Origin: Alphaproteobacteria bacterium
GTDB taxonomy: Bacteria; Pseudomonadota; Alphaproteobacteria; UBA2966
NCBI GenBank assembly: GCA_030740435.1
Contig: JASLXG010000066.1
Location: forward strand, 24,603-88,602
Reading direction: 5' to 3'
Length of the DNA stretch: 64,000 nucleotides
Position 1 is the stretch's first letter. The number at the start of each line of letters is the position of its first letter. The position numbers were made by a program, and so were the translations under genes. Below the pieces are notes generated by a model that worked only from the letters and a program-made list of their open reading frames with translations, was not told the origin of the DNA and made no database searches. Below, in pieces: positions 42,152 to 52,439 of the stretch.

Positions 42152-43018
42152 ATGCCAACGGGCATGCGCCAGCAAGCCGAGCAGCTTGCCGCCACCTTGC
42201 CGCCGCTGCTGGTGGCGGCCGAACGCGTTGCCGCCACCGTGGCCCAGGGCGTCCATGGGCGCCGCCGCGTCGGCCAGGGCGAAAGCTTTTGGCAGTTCCG
42301 CCAGTACCAGCCCGGCGACGAGGTGCGGGCCATCGATTGGCGCGCCACGGCCAAGTCGGAACGCGTCTTCGTGCGCGAACACGAATGGGAGGCGGCCCAG
42401 AGCGTCTGGCTGTGGCCCGACGCCTCGCCCTCGATGCACTATGCCTCGGCCGGCGCCCCCGTCGCCAAGGTCGAGCGGGCGACGCTGCTCACGCTGGCGC
42501 TGGCGGCGCTGCTGCTGCGGAGCGGCGAGTTCGTCGGACTGTTGGGCGTCGACCGGGTGCCGACCTCGGGCCGGGCGGCGCTGGCCCGCCTGGCCGCCAG
42601 CCTGCACGCCCGGGCCGGCGCAGGCCCCAGCCTGCCGCCCGCCGAGCCCCTGCCGCGCTATGCCCGGGTGGTGCTGATCGGTGATTTCCTGTCACCGGTC
42701 GCGGACATCGAAGAGTGCGTGCGCCACTTTGCCGCCAACGCCGTCGACGGCCACCTGCTGCAGCTGCTGGACCCGGCCGAGGAGGATCTGCCGTTCACCG
42801 GCCGCACCCGCTTCGAGGGACTGGAGGGCGAGCCGAGCTACCTGGTCAGCCGGGCCGAGACGCTGCGCCAGGCCTACGGTGCCCGCCTGGCGGCGCACCA
42901 CGAGGACCTGCTGACGCTGAGCCGGGGCGTCGGCTGGACGCTGGCCCGCCACCGCACCGATCGGGCGCCGGAAACGGCGCTGCTGGCGCTCTACCAGGCG
43001 CTGGCCGGCAAGGAATAG
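42152..43018 (+). CDS. DUF58-domain protein
   Basis: GESFWQFRQYQPGDEVRAIDWRATAKSERVFVRE. Typical partner of MoxR. ATG 42152 after a G6 run; GTG 42137 is an alternative. Confidence 0.8.
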   Translation: MPTGMRQQAEQLAATLPPLLVAAERVAATVAQGVHGRRRVGQGESFWQFRQYQPGDEVRAIDWRATAKSERVFVREHEWEAAQSVWLWPDASPSMHYASAGAPVAKVERATLLTLALAALLLRSGEFVGLLGVDRVPTSGRAALARLAASLHARAGAGPSLPPAEPLPRYARVVLIGDFLSPVADIEECVRHFAANAVDGHLLQLLDPAEEDLPFTGRTRFEGLEGEPSYLVSRAETLRQAYGARLAAHHEDLLTLSRGVGWTLARHRTDRAPETALLALYQALAGKE

Positions 43019-43024
43019 GTAGCC

Positions 43025-45796
43025 GTGCTCAGCCTCGGAACCCTGGCCTTCGCCACGCCCTGGATGCTGCTGGCCCTGACGGCGCTGCCGCTGCTTTGGT
43101 GGCTTTTGCGCCTGACGCCGCCGGCGCCGCGCCGCGTTGTCTTTCCCGCCATCCAACTGCTGCGCGGGCTGGTGGCGCCGCAGGAGACGCCGCATAGCAC
43201 GCCCTGGTGGCTGTTGCTGCTGAGGTTGCTCATCGCCGTGCTGATCATCGCCGCCCTGGCCCAGCCCCTGCTCAACCCCGGCAGCCGCCTGGGCCCGCGG
43301 GGTGCCGTGCTGCTGGTGGTCGACGACGGCTGGGCGGCGGCGGCGGACTGGCCGCGCCGCCGTGCCAGCCTCGACAAGCTGTTGGCCGAGGCCGAGCGCA
43401 AGGGCCGCCCGGTGCTGTTGCTGACCACGGCGCCGCCGGCCGGCGGCGGCGCCTTACAGGTCTCCGAGGTGATGCCGGCGGGCGCCGCCCGCGAGCTGGT
43501 GGCGGCGCTCGAGCCCAAGCCCTGGCCGGTCGACCGTGCCGCCGCCCGCCGGGCCATCGCCGAGCTTGACCTGGGCGGCCCGGCCGACGTGGTTTGGCTC
43601 AGCGACGGCTTGCAGGCCATGCCCGGTGGCGACGCCGCCATTCTGCTGGCCGAGCGCCTGCAGCGCTTGGGACCGGTGCAACTGGTGGCACCACGGCCGG
43701 CAGCCCTGGCCAAGGTGCTGCTGCCGCCAGAGGCCGTCGGCACGCTGCTCTCGCTGCGAGCCTGGCGGGCGCCGACGGCGGCGGCCGAAACGGTCTGGCT
43801 GCGGGCGCTGGGCCAACGTGGCCAAGTGCTGGCGCGCCAGCGCCTCGAGTTCGCCGCCGCTTCCCAACATGCCGAACAGGTGCTGGAGTTGCCGGCCGAG
43901 ATGCGCAACCGGCTGGCCCGGCTGGAGCTCGAGAACGCCGGCACGGCGGCCGGCGTGGTGCTGCTCGACGAGCGCTGGCGGCGCCGCCCGGTGGGTCTTG
44001 TTTCGGGCAGCGCGAGCGGCCCCGACCAGCCGCTCTTGTCGAGCCTCTATTACCTCGAGCGCGCGCTGGCGCCTTTCGCCGAGATCCGCCAGGGCAAGGT
44101 GGCCAAACTGCTGGCCCGGCGGCTGGCCTTGCTGGTGCTGGCCGATGTCGGCCAGGTCGTCGGCCCCGACCGGGCCCGCATCGAGGATTGGCTTGACCGG
44201 GGCGGCGTGCTGGTGCGTTTCGCCGGTCCGCGCCTGGCCGAGCAGGCCGACGATCTGGTGCCGGTACCGCTGCGCGTCGGTGGGCGCAACCTGGGCGGCG
44301 CGCTGACCTGGACCCAGCCGGTGCGGCTGGCGCCCTTCGCCGCCACCAGCCCCTTCGGCGGCCTGGTGCCGCCGGACGACGTGCTGGTATGGCGCCAGGT
44401 GTTGGCTCAGCCCTCGCTGCAACTGGGCTCGCGCACCTGGGCTCGCCTGGCCGACGGCACGCCGCTGATCACCGCCGAGCGCCGCGGCCGGGGCTGGATC
44501 GTGCTCTTTCACACCAGTGCCGACACCAGTTGGTCCAACCTCTCGCTCAGCGGCCTCTTTGTCGCCATGCTGCAGCGCATCGTGGCCCTGGCCGAGGGCG
44601 TGCCGGGTGCCGCCACGACGGCCTTGCCGGCGCTCAGCGTGCTCGATGGCTTCGGCCGGGCAGAGGCCCCGCCGGCCACCGCCCGTCCCATCGCCGTCAG
44701 CGAATTGCAGGAAGCCGGGCTCGACGGCGTGGCGGTCGGGCCGGTTCATCCGCCGGGTCTTTACGGCAGCGCCCAGGCCCGCCATGCCCTTAACCTGGGC
44801 CCCTCGGTGGGCCATCCGGCGGCCCTGGCCGGTCTGCCCCAGGGCATCACGGTGTCGGGCTTCGCGGCCAGTCGCGAGGTTGATCTCAAGCCCTGGCTGT
44901 TGGCCGCGGCGGTGCTGCTGACGCTGATCGAATTTCTCCTCAGCCTGGGGCTGAGGGGCCTGTTGCAGAGCCCGCTCGGCCGCCGCGCCACGATACTGGG
45001 CGCCATCACGCTGGTGCTCCTGGCCCAGCCCCAGGCGGCCCGCGCCCAGGCCACCGACGACGAGTTCGCCCTGGCCGCCACGCTCGAGACCCGGCTGGCC
45101 TACGTCATCACCGATTTCGCCGAGATCGACGAAATGAGCCGGGCCGGCCTGAGCGGGCTGACGCGTCTTCTCGATCGGCGCACGGCGGTCGAGGGCGGCG
45201 AGCCGCTGGGCGTCGACCTGGAGCTCGACGAGTTGGTCTTCTTCCCGCTGCTCTATTGGCCCGTGCTGCCCGAACAGCGCCAACTCAGCCCGGCCGCCCT
45301 GGCCAAGGTCGACGCCTTCATGAAGAACGGCGGCACCATCCTCTTCGATACCCGCGACGAGCAGATGCTGGTGTCCCAGCCCGGTTTTGGCCGCCTGGGG
45401 GCCGGCAGCCCGGCCCGGCAGCGCCTCAGGCAACTTCTCAACCGGCTCGACGTGCCGCCGCTGGTGCCGGTGCCGCAGCAGCATATCCTGACCAAGGCCT
45501 TCTACCTGCTGCAACAGTTCCCGGGACGCTGGAGCGGCGGCCCGGTGTGGGTCGAGCGCCATGCCGGCGGTGTCAACGACGGTGTTTCGGCGCTGGTCAT
45601 CGGCAGCCACGATTGGGCCGCGGCCTGGGCCGTGGACGACCAGGGCCGGCCTCTGGCGGCGGTGGTGCCGGGCGGCGAACGCCAGCGCGAAACGGCCTTT
45701 CGCTTCGGCATCAACCTGGTGATGTACACGCTGACCGGCAACTACAAAAGCGACCAGGTGCACGTGCCGGCCATCCTGGAAAGGCTGGGGCAATGA
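43025..45796 (+). CDS. BatA-like N-terminal double-TM domain / DUF4159-type membrane protein
   Basis: N-terminus FATPWMLLALTALPLLWWLLRLTPP...VVFPAIQLL. 923 aa. Third gene of the MoxR/DUF58 operon. Confidence 0.65.
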   Translation: MLSLGTLAFATPWMLLALTALPLLWWLLRLTPPAPRRVVFPAIQLLRGLVAPQETPHSTPWWLLLLRLLIAVLIIAALAQPLLNPGSRLGPRGAVLLVVDDGWAAAADWPRRRASLDKLLAEAERKGRPVLLLTTAPPAGGGALQVSEVMPAGAARELVAALEPKPWPVDRAAARRAIAELDLGGPADVVWLSDGLQAMPGGDAAILLAERLQRLGPVQLVAPRPAALAKVLLPPEAVGTLLSLRAWRAPTAAAETVWLRALGQRGQVLARQRLEFAAASQHAEQVLELPAEMRNRLARLELENAGTAAGVVLLDERWRRRPVGLVSGSASGPDQPLLSSLYYLERALAPFAEIRQGKVAKLLARRLALLVLADVGQVVGPDRARIEDWLDRGGVLVRFAGPRLAEQADDLVPVPLRVGGRNLGGALTWTQPVRLAPFAATSPFGGLVPPDDVLVWRQVLAQPSLQLGSRTWARLADGTPLITAERRGRGWIVLFHTSADTSWSNLSLSGLFVAMLQRIVALAEGVPGAATTALPALSVLDGFGRAEAPPATARPIAVSELQEAGLDGVAVGPVHPPGLYGSAQARHALNLGPSVGHPAALAGLPQGITVSGFAASREVDLKPWLLAAAVLLTLIEFLLSLGLRGLLQSPLGRRATILGAITLVLLAQPQAARAQATDDEFALAATLETRLAYVITDFAEIDEMSRAGLSGLTRLLDRRTAVEGGEPLGVDLELDELVFFPLLYWPVLPEQRQLSPAALAKVDAFMKNGGTILFDTRDEQMLVSQPGFGRLGAGSPARQRLRQLLNRLDVPPLVPVPQQHILTKAFYLLQQFPGRWSGGPVWVERHAGGVNDGVSALVIGSHDWAAAWAVDDQGRPLAAVVPGGERQRETAFRFGINLVMYTLTGNYKSDQVHVPAILERLGQ

Positions 45797-47901
45797 ACGG
45801 CGCCGTGGATGGCTCTGTAGCCTCTGTGGTCACCGGCTTCAGCGGCTTGATCTGGGCGCCGTTGCTGCCCTGGTCGTTGCTCGCCGGCCTCGGCGCCGGG
45901 GCGCTGATCATCGTCGGATATGCCGCGCTGCGGCGCGCCGGCGGCACGCTGTGGCGCCTGCTGGCCCTGTTTGTGGCCTTGTTGGCGCTGGTCAATCCCA
46001 AGCTGATCGAGGAACAGCGCCAGCCGTTGAGCGACGTCGTGGCCCTGGTGGTCGACCGCTCGGATAGCCAGGACATCGGCCAACGCCGGCAGGCGACGCA
46101 CCAGGCCACCGCGGCCTTGCGTGCGAAACTAGAGGGCTTCAAAGGCCTCGAGATACGCGAGGTGGCCGCCGGCGGCCGCCACAGCCGGCTTTTCGCGGCC
46201 CGCGACGAGGCCCTTTCCGATGTTCCCCCCAACCGCCGGGCCGGCACCATCATGATCAGCGACGGCCAGGTCGACGACGTACCCCAGGCGGCCGCCGGCG
46301 AGGCCCCGGGTGGGCCGCTGCACGTGCTGTTGTCGGGCCGGCGCGATGAACGCGACCGGCGCCTGGTGGTGGTCGAGGTGCCGAGCTACGGCATGGTCGG
46401 CGATCCGCTGGCCATGACGCTGCGCATCGAGGATCGGGGTGGGCCGGCGGCGGCAGGGCGAGCTTCCGCTCGTGCCCTGGTGACGATCCGCCGCGACGGC
46501 GGAGCGGCGCTGAAGAGAAGCCTGGGGATCGGCCAGGACGTTCGCCTGCCCTTCGTGCTCGAGCACGCCGGGCGCTCCATCATCGAGATCGAGGTCGAGG
46601 CCGGCCCGGACGAGCTCAGCTTGCGCAACAACCGCGCGGCGCTGCTGCTTAACGGCGTGCGCGACCGCCTGCGGGTGCTGCTGGTCTCGGGCGAGCCGCA
46701 CGCCGGCGAACGCACCTGGCGCAACCTCTTGAAGGCCGATCCTTCGGTCGATCTGGTGCATTTCACCATCCTGCGTCCGCCCGAGAAACAGGACGGTACG
46801 CCGGTCAACGAGCTCTCGCTGATCGCCTTTCCCATCCGCGAGCTGTTTGAGATCAAGCTGGCCGAGTTCGACCTCATCATCCTCGACCGCTACCGCCGCC
46901 GCGGCGTGCTGCCGCACGGCTATTTCCTCAACATCGCCAATTATGTCGAGGCCGGCGGGGCGCTGCTGGAGGCGGTCGGCCCCTCGTTCGCCGGCGCCAT
47001 GTCGCTGTTTCGCACACCGCTGGCCAACGTCCTGCCGGGCCGGCCGACGGGCCAGATCCACCGCCAGGGCTTCAAGCCCCGGTTGGCCGCCAGCGGCTTG
47101 CGCCATCCCGTCATCGCCGACCTGACGCCCGGCGGCGACGGCGGCGACGGCGGCGAGCCGGATTGGGGCCGCTGGTTCCGCATGATCGACGCCGATGCCG
47201 AGAGCGGCGAGGTGCTGATGCGCGGCGTCGCCGAGCGGCCCTTGCTCATCCTCGACCGCGTCGGTGAGGGCCGGGTGGCACTGCTGCTCTCCGACCACGG
47301 CTGGCTCTGGGCCCGGGGCTTCGAGGGCGGCGGCCCCCAGGCCGAGTTGCTGCGCCGGCTGGCGCACTGGCTGATGAAGGAGCCCGAGCTGGAAGAAGAG
47401 GACCTGCGTGCGACGGCGGCAGGAAACAAGATCGACATCGTGCGGCGCAGCCTGAAGCCCGGCGCTGCTCCGGTGACGGTGACACCACCCGGCGGCGAGG
47501 CTTTCGAGGTGGATCTCGACGAGGGTCCCGGTGGTCGCGCCAGCGCCCGCATCGAGGTGACGCGTGACGGCATCTATGCCGTGACCGACGGTCGCCACAA
47601 GACGGTGGTGCCGGTGGGCGATCCCAATGCCCGTGAACTGATCGACGTGCGCGCCACGTCAGAGCTGTTGCGGCCGGCCACCCGGGCGCAGGGCAGCATC
47701 CGCTGGCTCGAGGACGGCCTGCCGCGCTTGCGCCGCGTGCGGCCCGGGCGCGACGTTGCCGGCAGCGACTGGATCGCCATCCACGACAACCAGGCCTACA
47801 CCGTCGGCGGCGTCGAAGAGATGCCGCTGCTGCCGCCGCTGGCCGTGCTGATTCTGCTGCTGGGCGGCCTGATGGCGGCCTGGTATCGTGAGGGTCGGTA
47901 G
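45793..47901 (+). CDS. membrane protein with vWA-like DxSxS motif, fourth gene of the MoxR/DUF58 operon
   Basis: ATGA overlap with the preceding gene. N-terminal TM helices. VVDRSDSQ (MIDAS-like). C-terminal TM helix. Confidence 0.55.
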   Translation: MNGAVDGSVASVVTGFSGLIWAPLLPWSLLAGLGAGALIIVGYAALRRAGGTLWRLLALFVALLALVNPKLIEEQRQPLSDVVALVVDRSDSQDIGQRRQATHQATAALRAKLEGFKGLEIREVAAGGRHSRLFAARDEALSDVPPNRRAGTIMISDGQVDDVPQAAAGEAPGGPLHVLLSGRRDERDRRLVVVEVPSYGMVGDPLAMTLRIEDRGGPAAAGRASARALVTIRRDGGAALKRSLGIGQDVRLPFVLEHAGRSIIEIEVEAGPDELSLRNNRAALLLNGVRDRLRVLLVSGEPHAGERTWRNLLKADPSVDLVHFTILRPPEKQDGTPVNELSLIAFPIRELFEIKLAEFDLIILDRYRRRGVLPHGYFLNIANYVEAGGALLEAVGPSFAGAMSLFRTPLANVLPGRPTGQIHRQGFKPRLAASGLRHPVIADLTPGGDGGDGGEPDWGRWFRMIDADAESGEVLMRGVAERPLLILDRVGEGRVALLLSDHGWLWARGFEGGGPQAELLRRLAHWLMKEPELEEEDLRATAAGNKIDIVRRSLKPGAAPVTVTPPGGEAFEVDLDEGPGGRASARIEVTRDGIYAVTDGRHKTVVPVGDPNARELIDVRATSELLRPATRAQGSIRWLEDGLPRLRRVRPGRDVAGSDWIAIHDNQAYTVGGVEEMPLLPPLAVLILLLGGLMAAWYREGR

Positions 47902-47913
47902 CAGGAGATCGCC

Positions 47914-48819
47914 ATGTCATTTTCCCTCGTCACCCTCGACCTCGATGGCGCCACCGGCTGTCTCGAATTGGACGGCCGTTGCTGGCCGCTGCGTGCCACC
48001 GCCGAGCGGCTGGGCTTCGAGCTGCCCAACGCCCTGATCGAGCTTTTCGCCGACTGGCCGGGTAGCCAGATCCGCTTGCAGAACCTAGCCGACCGGGCAC
48101 CTCAAGACGCTCCCGAGCTGGCCCTGGAGACGGCCGGGGCGCAGCTGTTGGCGCCGCTCAGATACCCCGGCAAGGTGCTGTGCGCTGGGGCCAACTATTA
48201 CGACCATCTGGCCGAGATGGGCAGCGAGGACACGCGCAAGGAAGCCCAGCGGCTCTTTTTCTTCTTCAAGCCGGCCCGGACCGCCGTGGTCGGACCCGGC
48301 GCCACGGTGAAAAAGCCCGGGCGGACCGAGATGTTCGATTGGGAGATCGAACTGGCGGCGGTGATCGGCAAGACAGTGAAAGACGTGGCCGAGGAAGATG
48401 CCATGGCGGCCGTGGCGGCCTATACCGTGGCCATCGATTTCTCCGCCCGCGACCTCAATTTCGCCCCCGAGACCTTCTACAAGCTGGATTGGGTGGCGGG
48501 TAAGGGCCAGGACACCTGCTGCCCCACCGGCCCGCGCCTGGTGCCGGCCGAGGCCATAAAGGATCCCCAGGACTTAGGGCTCAGGCTGGCCGTCAACGGC
48601 CAGACCAAGCAGGATTCGCGAACCTCGCAGATGATCTTCTCGATCGCCGAGCAGATCGCCGAGCTCTCGTCGATCATGACGCTGGAGCCCGGCGACCTCT
48701 TGCTCACCGGCACCCCGGCCGGCGTCGGATTCCCCCAGAAAACCTTCTTGGAGGTGGGCGACCGGGTGACCGCCGAGATCGAGGGCATCGGGGCATTGGA
48801 AGTCGAGATCACGGCGTAG
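47914..48819 (+). CDS. fumarylacetoacetate hydrolase (FAH) family protein
   Basis: KVLCAGANYYDH, FFFFKP, WEIELAAVIGK, and LLLTGTPAGVG. RBS AGGAG. Confidence 0.8.
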   Translation: MSFSLVTLDLDGATGCLELDGRCWPLRATAERLGFELPNALIELFADWPGSQIRLQNLADRAPQDAPELALETAGAQLLAPLRYPGKVLCAGANYYDHLAEMGSEDTRKEAQRLFFFFKPARTAVVGPGATVKKPGRTEMFDWEIELAAVIGKTVKDVAEEDAMAAVAAYTVAIDFSARDLNFAPETFYKLDWVAGKGQDTCCPTGPRLVPAEAIKDPQDLGLRLAVNGQTKQDSRTSQMIFSIAEQIAELSSIMTLEPGDLLLTGTPAGVGFPQKTFLEVGDRVTAEIEGIGALEVEITA

Positions 48820-49328
48820 CGGCGAAGACACCTCCCGGGCACCACGGTGCCGGTAAGGCGAGCCAGGGCGCCGGGCACCAGTTCACGGGCCAGTAGGCGG
48901 TCGGCCGCTTCGCCCGGCAACGCGATGTCGCCCGCCAGGCGGTGCGAGAATCCGAAACGCCGGTAGTAGCCCAAGTCACCGGTCAGCAGCACGGCGGCGT
49001 GGCCGGCGGCCTGGGCCGCCGCCAGGCCGCTGCGCACCAGGGCGCTGCCGAGACCGGCACCGGCGAATTCCGGGGCCACGGCCAGAGGGCCCAGGATCAG
49101 CACCTCGATCAGCTGGCCCGAGCGGTATTCGCGCACCGCGGCGGGCCAGAAGCGCAGACTGCCAGTGACCGTGTCACCGGCCAGCGCCACGCGGCCGAGC
49201 TCGGTCAGCGCTGCCCGGCCGGCGCGCAGCCGTTCGATGGGTTTCAAATCGGGCGAGGGAAAGGCCTGGGCCAGCAGGCGGGCGATGGCGGCGGCGTGCT
49301 CGGGCCGCTCGGGGGATATGCTGAACAT
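48477..49328 (-). CDS. GNAT-family N-acetyltransferase (3' end uncertain)
   Basis: GNAT core LGPLAVAPEFAGAGLGSALVRSGL...GYYRRFGF in the first ~165 codons. No stop codon follows until 48477, so the ORF runs about 340 nt antisense into the FAH gene. Confidence 0.55.
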   Translation of the reverse strand: MFSISPERPEHAAAIARLLAQAFPSPDLKPIERLRAGRAALTELGRVALAGDTVTGSLRFWPAAVREYRSGQLIEVLILGPLAVAPEFAGAGLGSALVRSGLAAAQAAGHAAVLLTGDLGYYRRFGFSHRLAGDIALPGEAADRLLARELVPGALARLTGTVVPGRCLRRYAVISTSNAPMPSISAVTRSPTSKKVFWGNPTPAGVPVSKRSPGSSVMIDESSAICSAIEKIICEVRESCLVWPLTASLSPKSWGSFMASAGTRRGPVGQQVSWPLPATQSSL

Positions 49329-49550
49329 GACGGGCTCCGACAAAAAAGGGTGCAAACGCACCCCTGTCGCGAAAGCCGGGTGCGCGCTAGGAGGCTGGAC
49401 CGCCTCGTCGTCGCAGTGTGGTGCGCCGGATCGTCATGGCGGCGCATGTAGCATGGACGGGTCGCCGCCGCCAACCCCTTTTTGCCGCTCTGGACCGGCC
49501 GAACGAATCCCGCTAGCGTCCGGCAGCCCGCAAACCAACGCAGATAAGAA

Positions 49551-50165
49551 ATGTTCTATGAACCCAAGGACGGCCACGGCCTGCCCCACAATCCCTTCAA
49601 GAGCCTGATCGTGCCGCGGCCCATCGGCTGGATTTCGACCATCAGCGCCGACGGCATCGCCAATCTGGCGCCTTTCAGCTTCTTCAACGGCGTTTCCGAG
49701 GCGCCGCCGGCGGTGATGTTCGCGGCCAACGGCAAGCTCGACCGGGGCCGCCTCAAGGACACCCTGACCAACGTCGAGGAGACCGGGGAATTCGTCGTCA
49801 ACCTGGTCACCGAGGTGCTGACGGACGAGATGAACGCCACTTCGGCCCACGTCGATCCCGAGGTCGACGAGTTCGCCCTGGCCGGCCTGACGGCGACGCC
49901 TTCGCAACTCGTCAAGCCGCCCCGGGTGGCCCAGTCGCCGGCCCAGATGGAATGCCGCTACCTGCAGACCGTGGCGCTCGCCAGCTCCGATGCCGAGTGG
50001 CAGAACGCCGTGGTGCTGGGCGAGGTGATCGGCATCCACATCGCCGACGAGGCGCTGACGGCCGAGGGCAAGGTCGACGTCGCCCTGCTCAGACCGCTGG
50101 CGCGCCTGGGTTACATGGAATACACCGTCGTCGAGAAGGTCTTCAGCCTCGACCGGCCGGCCTGA
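49551..50165 (+). CDS. flavin reductase-like (FMN-binding split-barrel) protein
   Basis: PRPIGWISTISADGIANLAPFSFFN. Confidence 0.75.
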   Translation: MFYEPKDGHGLPHNPFKSLIVPRPIGWISTISADGIANLAPFSFFNGVSEAPPAVMFAANGKLDRGRLKDTLTNVEETGEFVVNLVTEVLTDEMNATSAHVDPEVDEFALAGLTATPSQLVKPPRVAQSPAQMECRYLQTVALASSDAEWQNAVVLGEVIGIHIADEALTAEGKVDVALLRPLARLGYMEYTVVEKVFSLDRPA

Positions 50166-50175
50166 TCGAGGCGAT

Positions 50176-51369
50176 ATGACGGCTGAAGCGCCGCCCCAAC
50201 GCGAGGGCGAGACACGTTTTTTACTGGCCAGCTTTTCGCTCGGCCACATGGCCAACGACTGGGCCCCGGGCGCGGTCTGGCTGATCGCCCCGGCCATCGC
50301 TTTCGACCTCGGCCTCTCGCCTTCCGAGCTTGGCTTGCTCATCACCATTTCGGCCATCGGCGCCTCGCTGGCCTACTTCCCGGCCGGCCTGCTGGCCGAT
50401 CACGTGGCCCATCGTGGGCGCCTGCTGGCGCTCACCTTCTGGTGGGTGGCCATCGGCTTCTTCGCGGCCTCGTTCGCCACCTCGTTCTGGTCCATCGCCA
50501 TCCTGCTGGCCCTGGCCGGGCTGGGCGACGCGGCCTGGCACCCCATCGCCACCGGCGTCTTGGCCAAGCGCTGGCCCGCCCGCCGCGGCGAGGCGCTGGG
50601 CGTGCATGCCATCGGCGGCAGCCTGGCGGTGGTGCTGGCACCGCTGGCGGTGGGGTATCTGTTGGCCGTGCTCGACTGGCGCGAGGCGCTGAGGATCTCG
50701 GTGCTGCCGGCCCTGATCATGGCCCTGGTCTTTACCGTCTTCATCGCCCGCCGGGTGCCGCCGTCCGACGACAGCGGCACCACGCGCGGCGACGTGGGCG
50801 CCTTCTTTGCCGTCTGGTTGCGACCGCTCGGCCTGGCCTTCCTGACCATGGTCGTCGCCTATCACATGTCCTTCACGGCGGTGATGAGCATGACGCCGCT
50901 CTATTTGCAGACCACGCACGGCTACAGCCCGGCCCAGGCCGGCACGCTGTTTGCCGTCGGCCTGCTGGCCGGCACCGTCGTGCTGCCCTGGCTGGGGCGG
51001 GTCTCGGACCGCATCGGCCGCAAGCGGGTGGTCGTGGTGATGACGTTTTTTGGCGGCCTGCTGGCCGCCGGTATCGCCTTCGCCGGCCCCGGCCCCGCCC
51101 TGCTGCTCACGGTGGTGGGCGCCATCGGCATGCTGGTCGGCGTGCGCGCCGTGATCCTCGCCCTGGCCGTCGATTTCGCGGCCAAGCGCGAAGGCACGAC
51201 GCTGGGATTCGTTTTCGGCCTGATGGATGGGGTGGGAGCATTGGGGGCGGTTCTGGCCGGGCTGGTGGGCGAGGTCGATCTCAGCCGAGCCTTCCTGCTG
51301 GGCGGCGGCCTGGCGCTGGCCTCGGCGCTGCTGGCCTTGCTGTTGCCGCTACGCCGGGCGAGCGGTTGA
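50176..51369 (+). CDS. MFS transporter
   Basis: 397 aa, about 12 hydrophobic helices. GRVSDRIGRKR loop motif. Confidence 0.75.
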   Translation: MTAEAPPQREGETRFLLASFSLGHMANDWAPGAVWLIAPAIAFDLGLSPSELGLLITISAIGASLAYFPAGLLADHVAHRGRLLALTFWWVAIGFFAASFATSFWSIAILLALAGLGDAAWHPIATGVLAKRWPARRGEALGVHAIGGSLAVVLAPLAVGYLLAVLDWREALRISVLPALIMALVFTVFIARRVPPSDDSGTTRGDVGAFFAVWLRPLGLAFLTMVVAYHMSFTAVMSMTPLYLQTTHGYSPAQAGTLFAVGLLAGTVVLPWLGRVSDRIGRKRVVVVMTFFGGLLAAGIAFAGPGPALLLTVVGAIGMLVGVRAVILALAVDFAAKREGTTLGFVFGLMDGVGALGAVLAGLVGEVDLSRAFLLGGGLALASALLALLLPLRRASG

Positions 51370-51420
51370 ACCTACGTCCGCAGGGCGCCAGAATGTTGCT
51401 GTCGGATCCAGGAGGAAAGA

Positions 51421-52398
51421 ATGGGCCTATTGGTCGAAGGTCGTTGGCAGGCCGGCGGCAGGGACGCGCGCCAGACCGGGGGCCGATTCGTGCGCCAGGA
51501 TGCGCAGTTCCGCGACTGGATCTCGGCCGATGGGTCGAGTGGCTTCGCGGCCCAGCCCGGGCGCTATCACCTTTATGTCTCTTTTGCCTGTCCCTGGGCC
51601 CACCGCACCCTGATCTTCCGCACCCTCAAAGGCCTGAAGGCCGCCATCGAGGTCTCGGTGGTGCATCCCTTCATGGGCGACGATGGCTGGAGTTTCGCGG
51701 CCGGCCAGGGCGTCGTGCCCGACCCCCTCAACGGCGCCGAGTTCATGCGCGACGTTTACCTGGCGGCGGCGCCTCGTTACAGCGGCCGTTGTTCGGTGCC
51801 GGTGCTCTGGGACAAAGAGCGGCAAACCATCGTCAGCAATGAATCTTCCGAGATCATCCGCATGTTCAACAGCGCCTTCGATGCCCTGATCCCGGCGGCT
51901 GAGGCGGCACTCGATTTCTATCCCGAGGAAATGCGGGGCGAAATCGATAGGATCAACACCGAGGTCTACGACAACCTCAACAACGGCGTCTACAAGTGCG
52001 GCTTCGCCACCACCCAGGAAGCCTATGAGGAGGCCCTTACGGCGCTATTCGGCACCCTGGAGAGGCTGGAAGAAGTCCTCGGCCGCCAGCGTTATTTGGC
52101 TGGCGGGCGAATAACGGAAGCCGACTGGCGGCTCTTTGCTACGCTCGTGCGCTTCGACGCCGTCTACGTCGGCCACTTCAAATGCAACCTCAAGCGTATC
52201 GAGGACTACCCCAACCTGAGCCACTATCTGCGTGAACTCTACCAGCTGCCCGGTGTGGCGCCGACCGTCAACCTCGACCACATCAAGCGCCACTATTACC
52301 AGAGCCACGCCACCGTCAATCCCACCGGCATCGTGCCGGCGGGGCCCGAGCTCGACTTCAGCCGCCCCCACGACCGCGGCCGTTTGGCGGCAGCCTGA
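51421..52398 (+). CDS. glutathionyl-hydroquinone reductase (Xi-class GST, YqjG/ECM4-like)
   Basis: GRYHLYVSFACPWAHRTLI (CPWA active site). 325 aa. Confidence 0.8.
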   Translation: MGLLVEGRWQAGGRDARQTGGRFVRQDAQFRDWISADGSSGFAAQPGRYHLYVSFACPWAHRTLIFRTLKGLKAAIEVSVVHPFMGDDGWSFAAGQGVVPDPLNGAEFMRDVYLAAAPRYSGRCSVPVLWDKERQTIVSNESSEIIRMFNSAFDALIPAAEAALDFYPEEMRGEIDRINTEVYDNLNNGVYKCGFATTQEAYEEALTALFGTLERLEEVLGRQRYLAGGRITEADWRLFATLVRFDAVYVGHFKCNLKRIEDYPNLSHYLRELYQLPGVAPTVNLDHIKRHYYQSHATVNPTGIVPAGPELDFSRPHDRGRLAAA

Positions 52399-52439
52399 GG
52401 CCCCACGAGGTTTCGTTACGTTCGGTGATGAAATGCGGG

